Shown in pieces: positions 1-12,700 of a stretch of 64,000 bases of DNA; the first letter of the stretch is position 1; the number at the start of each line of letters is the position of its first letter. This DNA comes from Ylistrum balloti. Taxonomy: Eukaryota. A model generated the notes under the pieces. That model saw nothing but the letters and a program-made list of their open reading frames with translations, had not been told where the DNA came from and ran no database searches. Made by a program: the position numbers and the translations under genes. The stretch covers positions 248,001 through 312,000 of the forward strand of contig NW_026782340.1 in the NCBI RefSeq assembly GCF_031769215.1. Direction: 5' to 3'.

Positions 1-236
1 AAGAAAATGATATGTTTTCGTAATAGGTATAAAGACGGAGTAAGCAAATCGAAAAGACAATTTCTGTCGTTAAATAAGCCGTTGTGTTTGTATAGATGGA
101 CTTGTTAATGATACTGGTGGCTCATGCTTTTCAGATCTCGGAGACAAAAATATTAGATTCACTAGTTCAACCAATTTCATAACTTTTTGAAATTAAGACG
201 AACCGAAAATAAATATATTGTGGTCTGTTGTTTCAG

Positions 237-531
237 GTTTGGGGTTTTCCATGTGCTGTATCTCCTTCATATGTACTTGGTATTCCGGTCTGATCATGGC
301 GTGGACACTTTGTTATTTGTTCTACTCTTTCTACCCTATATTACCTTGGTCCACGTGCGATAACTCCTGGAATACGGACAAGTGCGTCACATTGAGGACC
401 AAGATAGAGACACCCTACAACGTCACATCCTTTGTCAACAAGACGCCTTCAGTTGACAATCTGTCTATGACAGCATCAGAAACTGTCACAAACATCGGCT
501 TCTACCCGACGGCAGCAAATGAGTTTTGGAG
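237..531 (+). CDS. SLC6 exon: TM3 and EL2
   Basis: tttcag|GT acceptor, AG|gtaagt donor; [23 protein letters not shown]...[13 protein letters not shown]...ANEFW; N-glycosylation sequons in EL2. Confidence 0.93.
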
Positions 532-3500
532 GTAAGTTTTCTGATATCAACGATCACGATATTTAAAGACATGAAAAAAATGAGGCATTTTAAATATTGA
601 AAAAAACAGCATATTTATATCATAAGAAGGAAATGTATGTCAAAGGTTAAATGATAATTATATTGTTTAGTTGTTATGACGATATATGATGTGCTTTGTA
701 AAACTGGTCTTAGGATATATAGGACTGGAATAATATATATTCGTGTATCTATCAATTTACATATCTAACTTGTTCATATCAATTTAAAACGATATTGCAC
801 GTTTACTCATACATATTTAATATATTAATTCAATATATATGAATGATTTATTGTAGATTTTAATCCAGAATATCTCTGATGTACATGTACAATCACAATT
901 ATTGTGTTATGGTACAAACGGAAAGTTCCTTGATGTACTTACCAATAAGTCTACCCGTCATGTATTTCACTCAGTTTTGTCATCAAAAATCAATAGTCGA
1001 TGGTCCTGTTTATACGTGTCACAACAACCGATGAACATATGTTATAATAGATTCTATATGACGTGATGTTTAACAGGAATGAATTAAAAACCGTCAGGCA
1101 ATTTGTAAAATGAGTATCATTCCTGACTGAAACACACTGAATGTGTTATTCATAACATACATTCACAATACAGATTAATTCGGCACGAATGCATTGACAT
1201 TGTATTCCGTTATACTCTCATGGATCACGTTACCTTTACCAATAGAGATGATATTTTAATTATAATCACAAATTGTGGCAGTCCTGCGGATTCGATTTCC
1301 AGTTTAGTTATGGAATTTCCACCGGTAACAATAGGTCCATGCATCATAAACCGTTATTCATTGACTAACAATGACGTCTCTATTTTAAAGATAAATAGCA
1401 GACTCAGTGATGTATTTTGTTGAAGCATAAATAATTTAACCACAGGTCAGTGATCTACAGCGTTTGCTTAATCATTACCTACCATTTTTTACCTACATTG
1501 AAGATAGGCATCCATTTTGCTGCGCCAGTTTTACATTCCTGACATCAAGTCATCGTCTATGTTGTGATATTAGAATTGATTTCCTACTGGCGATGCCAAA
1601 GGAATCGCTCCAGAATATATTACACTAATGAAATATGCAAAATTATTGTATCGGGGAGTTCACTGGATAACAGTCCGATAATGTAATAAATGAAGATATC
1701 CGTGCGCATTATTATCAGTAATACATATACCATAATAATACATCACCTATCAATTTATTCATTCACATGAAGTTTTCCATGTCATAACCTCATTTGATTA
1801 TTCCTAGAATTTCAAAATTTTCAAAAAGTAGAAAAAAAAAATTATACATAACAAGATGAAAATTAAATGATCAGTTTTCTGAAATCGTTAGTCTCAGCTT
1901 AAATAACAGATTCCTCAAATAACTGACTAAAATATCCGTATTTCTACTGAGCACTTTTAGGGACACACAAAAACATTATTTGATTTCGTGAACACGGGTT
2001 ATTATGTCGTGCGCAAGGGTTATATTGTCATGCGCACGAGTTATTTTTTCACGTGCAAAAGTTAATGATCTCGTGTGCATAAGTTAATTATCTCGTGCAG
2101 ACGAGTTATTATACTGTGTCCACGAGTTAGATAAGTTTGCACATAGCGCGCATGTACAACAGCATTGCGTTGCATAAACATAAATTCATTTTCGCTGTTT
2201 TACAGATACCAAATATTGAACGCTTCTAGTGGCCTGGACGACCTGGGTATCCCACAGTGGCATATTGTCCTTGCACTTTTTCTCAGCTTCACGATCACAT
2301 TCCTGTGTATCGTAAAAGGTGTGAAATCTGTTGGAAAGGTAAACCAAGCATTTTTTGAATGTATCATTTTTGTGTTTGTCTACAGGACTCATCAAAACAT
2401 ATTCTGGTGATTCTGATGAATAATTGAGACAATTGAATAAAAGATTACTTCTGGCATCTAAGCCATTACTTTGACAACAGAATTTCGTCTCTGACATTAT
2501 TGGGTTTTCCTATGAGATAATAGTACACTCTGTATGATACATATTTTCGTGACTATCTTTTAATGTCTATAATTTGTACTAGTACATAAAACGGATTATG
2601 GAACGGCACGGCCAGTTCGCCTACTTGGCATCCGTGACATTTTAATACAATTAGAGAAACTGTCATGACTTTGACCTCAGACTTTCTCATTAACCCCTCT
2701 ATTGCTAATGATTTAGCTTAAGGTGGTAGACACTGCCGGTGGATTTAAAGTATTAGAGGTTTGCTATAACGTACATGTCTCGTTTAAGCTATTAGGCTCA
2801 AAATACACACAAGTAATTGACATTCTTTTAAAATCATGAGATTTATGAATATTCCGAAATTTATAGAACTTCTGAGCTAGTGCACTTTCCCATATAGGCT
2901 ATGAAATTTATTTCAATTAATTTCATATTTTCTCAGTCACCTCCTAGATTTCAAATTTTAATCCATTATTATCAATGACAGATCTGTGGTGCAGTTTAAT
3001 TCATTATTTGGTTCTAATGCATCTTTAGCTCTAACTCTGTATTGAAAGTCATTCTTCACTTGTGTGTCTTTTGTACAGCCTTCAAGTATTTTCTTGAACT
3101 GTTTTGTTGTTCTTTTTAGTGGGCTTCATTACATCTGTATATCTGGTTCATTCATCGTGATCCTTTTGTATATCGTCCTAAATATTGGAATCTGGTTTTC
3201 TAAATCTCTGACTTCGTCACATCAAATTGCATTACCAATGATAAAGTGATACTACAGATCACTCGCACTAGAATAGACAAGATGTTATTCTAAACCTTCC
3301 GTTGTAGGTGGTGTACGTATCCGCATGTCTTCCATACCTACTGCTGACAATCATTCTCATTCGAAGTCTCACTCTTGAAGGCTCTGTTGATGGGATACTA
3401 TATTTCATCAAACCAAATTTCGAAAAGCTTGGTCAATTTCAGGTAAGATATATCAAAGGAAAAATTAGTAAATTGATAAGAAAAACTATAAATAGGTTCC

Positions 3501-6500
3501 TTTATCATCTCCTCCACTTGATTTGGCGTTTACATATTTCTCATTTTAAACTTGGTGGTTTTAAGCTTCGTTGATTGGAAACTGACGCACGTTTTTTGTA
3601 ATTTTTGTTCAAAGAAGCAAATGTGTGCGTCTGTGAACGAAAAAAAAATCAAGAATATACCAACATGGTAATAAAATCAAAATCGAAACTCAATTCCATA
3701 AAACTAGGGCAAATTATGAACAAAAGTATTTTACGGAGGATCCTGAAAAAAAGTACAAGGATAATAAGACCGGGTGTTTCGGAAGAGTAAGCGTCTTCTA
3801 CGTTATCGACGACACAACCTATGTTAACCTTGGTCAATCCAAGTAAGTTATGTCATGTTCCAACCAGGTAAACAACAACGGAACCAACAAGAAAACTTGC
3901 ATTAAACACGTCCAGTTTTAAATATGTGTATTTTCTGAACCGTGCCACTATTCGAAGGAATATAAAGCATAGATGTATAAAGTCAAAGACATTTAAACCA
4001 AAATCCCACAATCTTACTTAGAATTATACTTGTCAACTGTTTTATGTGCATCTCTGTTTCGTTGTAGCCGTTGCTATATTCATGATAATGATAATTGATT
4101 AAACGATTTTTTCATCTTAGAATACAGTCATAATATATGCCGAATACAGATATTAACTAGAAATATCAATATTACACTTAAGCAAGTCGTTTGACTACAA
4201 GCTTTCGAATGGAAGTATTCATTAGATAAAATAATCTTCAAAACCTAAGAGGTAAAATATCTTACATCTCCCTTTTCCATATTCTAGAGACAGAAGTCAG
4301 TCTAAGTTGAGTAGATATATTAATCGTCCGCTGAAATGTCTTATAGGTTTTCGTGACAGACGTAAGTTCTGAGAAAAGGATAATTAAATAGGCAACAGCT
4401 TTTGCAAAGTTATACTATATTTGTAAGATATATCCTATATTTAACGTTTTCATTCATGCTAATTTTGGCACGGTTTACAATATATACATATACTTAATGT
4501 TCTTTTGAAATGATCAGACACATGGAGAGTCCCGTCTTTATTCAATTATCGGAATAATGTACCTCCCCATTTAGATTTTGACATCCCTGTCGATCACATT
4601 ATAATTTCTTCAGTGAACTCAAAGGTCTCAGGCATTTAGCAGCACTTACGAACAATTTTTTTTTCTCCTATATCAAATTCTCAATTAAAATGTGTCATGG
4701 ACTTGTGTGTCTTTTATCTTTTTTTGTTTAATTTTATTTTAGGTATGGTTCGAGGCAGCGGTACAGGCATTTTTCTCGCTAGGTCCAGCGTGGGGAGGTG
4801 TGCTCACAATGGCTAGCTTCAGTGACTTTAAAAACAAGACGCTTCAGTAAGTTATACACAACAGTATCTATAATGGACTTTTAAACATAGCTTTAAAATC
4901 CTGTAGCATTGTAAGGCACATATAAATGACCCTCTTATATTACAGAATGATACGTCTCATTAAAATGTCAATGGACATCAACTGAATACAATGAGATTAT
5001 GTTCTATTGGACGATTCAGCTGTATGGTGAAGTTAAATTCATCGTTTGGCTCTACTGTATCGAATTCTAAACTTTTAATAAAAGGTGATATTATTAACTT
5101 GTGTGTCTTTTGCACAATCTTAAAACAAAATTGAATGTTCCTAAATAAAGTGATTTAGTTAAGACTTCTATTCCTGGTGACAGAAATTTAATTACTCTAA
5201 GGTTTGCTTTGCTCTTTAAAATTAATACATAGATGAAATTATATTATTGAAGATGGCGTTTATGCTATATTTTCCAGTGATTCGCTGGTAGTGTTGGTGG
5301 TGGACATATTTACGGCGTTTTTCTGTGGGTTTGTCGTTTTCTCCATTGTTGGTTTTTTGGCCCAGGAAGCCAATCTCACCATTGATGAAGTTGCTGAATC
5401 AGGTATGGTTTGCAAATACGATACTTCAGCTATATTGGCATCGAAATTTGCAAGTGCTTCACGACAGATACCTTGCACTTTATAACTGAGGTACTCAAGA
5501 ATCAATAACCGTTTTACAATACACAAAAAACAAAAATGGATGGCACTTGAAGAAAGATATTAGAATGAATGATCTGTTATAGGAACACAAGAGTACATTT
5601 ATCGCTCTGATAATGCTAAGATTTAATAAGAGTGAAACCTGTGTAACCTTTTAGGCGTGACATATCCTTAAGCTGTTCAGATATATCAAAATATAGGATT
5701 CTGTGGCAAATCTATTTGCTTAAATCAATACAATAGGATTTTTTCCAGCAGGATTCTATACTTGTTTAATCTTGATATATTCTTAATGTTTAGAATGTTT
5801 GGTTATACTTTCAAAAAGACTGTTTTTGGTAATCCTCACAGAAATATTCAAGCATCTTTGCTAAAAATATAATCCATTTTTGTTAAAAACCTACTTTGTT
5901 TGCAAATATCAAAATCTTTCCCCACAAAATTAAAAAAACAATTTATGTCTATCTAAATTATAGGTCCTGGCCTCGTATTTCTAGCCTACCCAGAAGCCTT
6001 AGCGAGACTTCCGTTACCTCAGCTATGGTCTGTGCTGTTCTTCATTATGGTGTTTAATGTTGGATTGGATTCTGAGGTAGGTAGAATACTATTATAACAC
6101 CTCTGTAATATAGAATTGTGACAGTAGTTGACTTTGAATACTTGTATTATAGAAGTCACTATGTAAAGTATTCATGATAGGACAAAAAAACTTAGTTAAA
6201 TTGCATCTGCACTAATCTAAACAAAACAATACTAACCATAGTCCGGCGGATGGGACTTTAAATGGCGGACCGTGTGTGGACTGTCCCATCTCGCACGTAA
6301 AATAATCTCCTGCTGTTATCCTTATTAGAGTAGAGGGGTAAACGCCGCCCAGGAAACCAAATAACTAATAACTTCCTTATTAAAAGTATAACCCATTAGG
6401 CATAGACTTCTATATTCTTTAATCAAAAAGTTAGAACCCGGCATTAGGGCAGCCTGGACAACATGGATAGGACCTCATCTACCACCAGAAGTCCAGATGC

Positions 6501-6726
6501 ACAACACCAGTAGAGAAGAGTGGAACCATTAGGCCAAATTCCAAATTCTAGACTAACCCACACACAGACGACTCCGCCCAATGAAGGGGTGTGGCGCACC
6601 ACCTTCACGTCGTTAGAGAATCGATCTCAGTCGAGGTGACAACGCCCGGCAACAGGAAGAGTCATGGAAACGTAAAACACCACCACCACCACCACCACCA
6701 CCACCACCACCACCACCACCACCACC

Positions 6727-6757
<31 letters not shown>

Positions 6758-9700
6758 CCATCATCATTATAATAATAATAATCATCAGATCACTATCACG
6801 GAAGATACATCTGTATTATAAAGGAAAGACAGGAATCCCCGGTAGATAACTCTGTGATAATAACGTCACGTGGTAATACACGTAAATGAACTCTGTATTA
6901 ACTCCTTCCGTACCGCATTGTCCGTCCGGGTTCCGCACCGAAAGTATTTTTAGTCTCATCCCCGGAAATGTGTAGCGGAATTTGATGGGTTCGATCATCG
7001 GCGACCATTTAGCTCAGTAGGTAGTCTAGAGTTCGGAATGGCCCGGGTTCGAACCCAATGTGACTGCGTATTTTCTCGCTCCTGTAACATAAGTTTAATA
7101 AAAATTGCGGCGGGACAGTGACGATAACGGTTAAGAGTCTATTCGACCTTCCAAGGAAATACTGTAGCTTTCACAATCTTTAATATTGTCATTTTATATC
7201 GGGATCAAATTTACAAAGTCTGTCAACACTTATATTCCCGTTATACATTGCTAATTTTCCATTTAGTGCAATTATTTCTTTTTTGGCAATCACGCAATTA
7301 TATTTTGTTTTCTGCAAATTTTGTAGTATTAGTATTTAAAAGATGATAGGGTAACACATTTTTTGAATTTTAATTCAAAATGGAAACATATTTCCAGTTG
7401 CTGCTTTTCAAATGAGAATTAACTTTGTGCTTTTGGTGTTTCAAGTGAGAGTTCTGACTGAAGGTATAACATTGAATAACATGACAGGCTAACACATTTT
7501 TCCTGTTTTGAGTTTTAATTCAAAATGGAAATATATTTCAAGCTGCTGCATTTGAAAAAATGTTTCAAATGAAAATTAACTTTGTGCTTTTGGCGTTTCA
7601 TGTGAGAGTTCTGACTGTAGGTATACCATTGAATAAGATGACAGGCTAACACATTTTTCCTGTTTTAAATTTTAATTCAAAATGGAAACATATTTCCAGT
7701 TGCTGCATATCAATATTTGGATTAAAGAGGTCACGTGGGAAGACATTACGGTAAACTGTATTATATACTGGGTTCTTGTGAGATTACAAGCAAGAAAATT
7801 GTATTTCAGAGTTCAGCGTAGATAACTCTGCTTTACAGAAGTAACACCGACATTCACGGTAGATAACTCAATAGCACATCATAACTGTTAAAGTTTCTTG
7901 ATTACTCTCTGATAGAAGTTACATACAGTGCATGGTCGATAACTCTCGCGTCGATTAGAACAGTTTATTTCCAATATGTTTTTATCTCCTTTATCCCTGA
8001 CTTCATAGTCCAATGAGAAATGTCCTCCATATATCGTCAAAACGCCTTAAAATATTATTTTTTTGTACACGAAATGGTTTTGATAGAGCCGTACGAAATT
8101 ATATATAACTCCTTGTGATACATATGTACACAGATACGACACAGAAAAATCTACGGAAGTGGAATATGTATCGACTTATGATTGAAGTCCATCTGGATAG
8201 ACATTTCTTTAGAACGAGTACGTGCCTTGTTATGAAAGAATTCCATTGGTTGTAATCAATGACATTCGTTTATATATATAATATATATAAATCGCCATCA
8301 AAATCCATACAACGTCAATTACCATAACTTTTCCCTTGTTAGTTTGCTATGGTGGAGACAATAACATGTGGACTCAAAGATATGTACCCGAAGGCTTTAG
8401 GAAAACGAAAATACCACTTACTTCTGGCAGCCTTTACAGTGTATTTCATAACCAGCATAATTCTAGCGACTCAGGTAGGTACTGTAACAAACAATTCTTC
8501 AACATCTACAGTATTATTGTTAGTATTGTCACAGTTTCTTGCATTTGCAAATACTTACATTTCTTGTGGAAGATGAAACTAAGTTCAAACGAACCAGTAG
8601 ACGATGAAAAGGAACATCCAATATACATTGTAAATTAAACAATTTATGAAAACAAATGTCCATGACTCGTTTATCATTTCAACTTGTGAAAGGTATTTTT
8701 CGGTAGTGCATAAAATGAGACTGATGTAGGAAGAGTACCCAGTAACCTTACAATCTGACTGACCACTACAATCAAAATGCAATAATTTCCTATATTCGGG
8801 GTTTGTGATTTGTGTCTGTATTTCTCTTTGATAATTCTTTTGATTTTTTTTTAAAAATCAAGAACAGATTGCAGCTAAAGATCATTAAGATGTGTCATAC
8901 TTTATTAAAATGAAACGAAATTTATCTCGGATCATTGCAAGTTCCTCATAAATGCTCGTTTTAATTCAACACAGTATGCAAAATCTTTTACAGTGTATGA
9001 TGTCATTTCCAGTCCCAACATGGTGTGAGGTGGCTTTTAATCTTTGTCTGCCTCAGGAAACAGATGTAGTTGTAAATTACATTTAAGTGATCAGTGTTCA
9101 TTATTCAGTATCTGCTAACTGGGGGAAAGGGAGTCTAAGTGAGGAAGTTGTGTTGTTGAACGCTAGAAGCTGTCGTTAGTGTTACATATACATATTCGTT
9201 AATGTTTCATGCAATCAAGAAGCCCTAGATCGAATAATAGCGTCTGATTGTTTTTGTTTCAGGCTGGTGTATACATTTTCCAGTTGATTGACTGGTATGC
9301 CTCTGTCTTTTGTATCTTCTTCATGTCCTTCTTGGAGTGCGTCATAATCGGATGGCTATACGGTAAAATTTCTTATTAGTAAAACATTGAAAAAAATCAA
9401 TTGGTGTTTTGTTTCTCCAAATATTCATTAAATCATGAAATTTACGTTAAAGTTATATTCAAGTACTTCAATTAAATTACTTTAAGTTGATAAATTTATG
9501 AAGGCATTTTCGAATATCTGAGCATTAGATGCAATTTTCAGTATATCACAAACGTCTTTATGAATCAGAATATCATTTAAGTCATTTTAAATAATGGCAA
9601 AGACACATGCCCACTTATTCAACTTTCTACCCCACCGGGCAGAAATAGCCACACCTCCGGTGAGGGTATGCTATCTTACCCCGCAAGACAACCTGCACAC

Positions 9701-12700
9701 ACAGGAAGTGACGTTTAGGGTCCGTGAAATTGTTAATGACGTCTTTTTTATGATGTGTCGGGGTCACTTTGTGGTCAATGACGTCTTAAACAAATGCCAT
9801 CCGGGCCTTAAATGCAAATGCCTCTACCGATGGTTAGCGTGACACAAGTGTATTTATTTGTTTATTTAGTTTTAAGGATATCAAGGGGTAAAAAACGATC
9901 ATATCCTACTTTGAGGGTAGGACAGAGAAATTTCCATCGTCGGAAGACATTTTCCTGTCTTAGCCTACAGCTAGGGAATCTATTTATTTCAGGAAGAATG
10001 CATCCCAGTTCACCTGAACTGTTTAGCATATTTTATTGATGTTTACATATCGTATATTTAATACTTAAGTTATCATTTATCTTAATGTATACGAGGAGAC
10101 TGGGAGTCTCGGAGTCATGTAGATATTTGTTTTCTACTCTGTTATCTGTTTTATTCAAAGAATTGTTTTGATGATCGTTTGATCACTTGCCTCTTTCAGG
10201 TGCTGAGCGATTCAGTCGGGATGTTGAGATAATGACAGGCTCGCCGGTACCTGTGATAATCCGAATATCATGGTGTTTAGTGACACCTGTTATCATGATA
10301 GTAAGTACACGTGACCTGTGTTAATCTATTCAAAAGATATTTTATCAACAAAGTATTACTGACAATCTGAATTTACACTAATTCTCTTAAGATGAAATAG
10401 ATGTTGAATATACAATAGATTTCAATGATTCGGTGAAATTCCAAAGTTTAAAAAAAGCCATTGATCTACATGGTGAGTACAATTTTGATAAGAAAATCAA
10501 CACTATCTCAGCGCCAAGGTACTATCATGTATTTTTAAATCAGTTGCATATCGTATATACTGTATATGCATGACATCTTCCTCTTACAATTCTTTGTCAT
10601 AAATAATCAGCCATGTTTACGTTATGTAACTTCCCCTCTAACATTGGTGTTGCCGGTAAGCGCAGTTGTAATACACTTGCCTTTCACATTGCCATCTGGG
10701 GTTCGATTCCCGGCACGGACTTGAAAGGTTTTGGAGTCACTTACCCGACCATGTAGGTTTCCACGGGATTAATGATTTCCTCCCACAGTAAGACCCCTAG
10801 AGCGCTTCCTTCCAGGCCAAAAGAAGCAAATAATATAAGCTTAAATTTTAAATTTAGAAAATTAAAAAGGTAAAGTCATTTAGTGTTATTTTTGTGTGAC
10901 ATGGTTTTCAAAAGTTTAATTTGTGAATTTTTGTCGAAGAATTTTACCCAATGCATTAAAACATTGACTTTGCATTAACGGCTAACATAATGATGAGAGT
11001 AAAATTTAGGTGTTCCTGTTATTGTAACGTCATAAATGTTCCTTCCCGTTAATAAGTTCACTCCATTGTATATGAACAAGAAAGAAAAAATTCCGCCCTA
11101 AGATTTACATTCAATAAAACTTGATGCCTAATCCATATTGACCAAAACACTGTTACTGATGAAAATATCAACAGTAATTTTTTTATAATATGATTATAAT
11201 CGATGCACTTGCATGATGCCGAACTTTCCAGTAGGTTACTTGTTTTATATCGCCTGTCATAACATTAAATAATATTTTTAAATACGATGCTACTACATGC
11301 TCTTATTTAGAAAACCTGAGATTATGAAGATTCGGTCTTGTTTCCAGAGGAAAATGTCGATAACTAAGGTTATTGACCCCCTTTTGTGCTTATTCTCAGC
11401 GTTCTTTATTTATATCTTTTGAAGATATTTTGCCCTAGTTTTGTTGAATTTGAGTTTGGATTGAGATTATTTTCACATGTTTATATTTTCATGTTTTTTT
11501 CATGATAGTCTCTGAAACAAGTGGTCTTATACATTATCAGGAATCTGTGTATACTTGTATGGATTGTTTGTGAGTATCCATTGCTTTATGTTTAAACACA
11601 TGATTAGGTACAGCTCATCCAAATATGTTATCTCCCCCAGATCCTGATTATTATAGCCCTCTCGAAGTACGAGGAGCCAACATATAAAGGATACATGTAT
11701 CCCTCCTATACCAGTGTACTAGGTACCTTCATTTGTCTGGCTGCAGTGATTCCATTACCCATCGTCACATGTCTCGACATTATCAGAACACCTGGAACCT
11801 TCACGCAGGTAAATATATACATATCAAAAGTAAATCTTTATCTGCAAGTTGAAAACAGGAGACAAACATGTTCTACAGTAACTTCTAACCTCACATCCAA
11901 GGTACTGAATAACAGGTAAAAATGTATATTTCATGCAGAATCCTGACACATGCTTTCATGTAAAATGCGATTACGTTGATGATGAACCGTCACAGACTAC
12001 CAACAGACACAATGCAATAACCAACACAACCTATACACGTAGAGCTCATTTGAAAGTCAAATTCAATCACAACAGTATAACTACAGAAATCCAATTAATT
12101 GTATTTTTCCACGAATTTTATCCTTTTTATATTTTTATATCAGACATGATATTTGCATTTCCGTTGTTTTGTATTGATAACCTTACAAAGGTATAATCAA
12201 TATATAAACAATCATATCTATAGCATAACAGAACCTGTTTTCCTTTCGGAAACACTAACATGATTCACAGCAATTGCCTACTATTACTATCCACCACAAC
12301 ACAGCACAATACACATATCCTATTCTTCCACAACAAGCAGTACAAAATATATCGTTTTTTTAACCATGATTTTGTTTTGCCATTTCAGTTTTGCTCATCA
12401 TGTGAATAGCACATTTTAAATTTAGGATTAAGGTTTAGTAAAGCTAAATAATTAATTAGTCAGCACAATACAGCTATTTAATCATTCTAGGACTCGTCAG
12501 TGATGCCTAAAATTATAGTCATAGGAGGCGATTGTGGAAAATTAAAAAATTATCGAAAGAAAAGTCAAAACCTAGGTGGAGAGATGCAGTAGCTCTTTAA
12601 GTCAATACCTTAATTCAGTTCAGCAATTTATAGGACGGCTTATTAGATGTTCAATTCATATAAATATATCTGCATTTTGAGTTTTTGTATGTCATTGTGG

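Noticed and set aside
6591-6821. Poly-histidine ORF
   Set aside because: Translation of a (CAC)n(CAT)n microsatellite in an SLC6 intron; no splice or codon support.
7003-7070. tRNA gene
   Set aside because: It has A and B boxes but no coherent acceptor or anticodon stems; repeat-derived. The same applies to 10646-10720.
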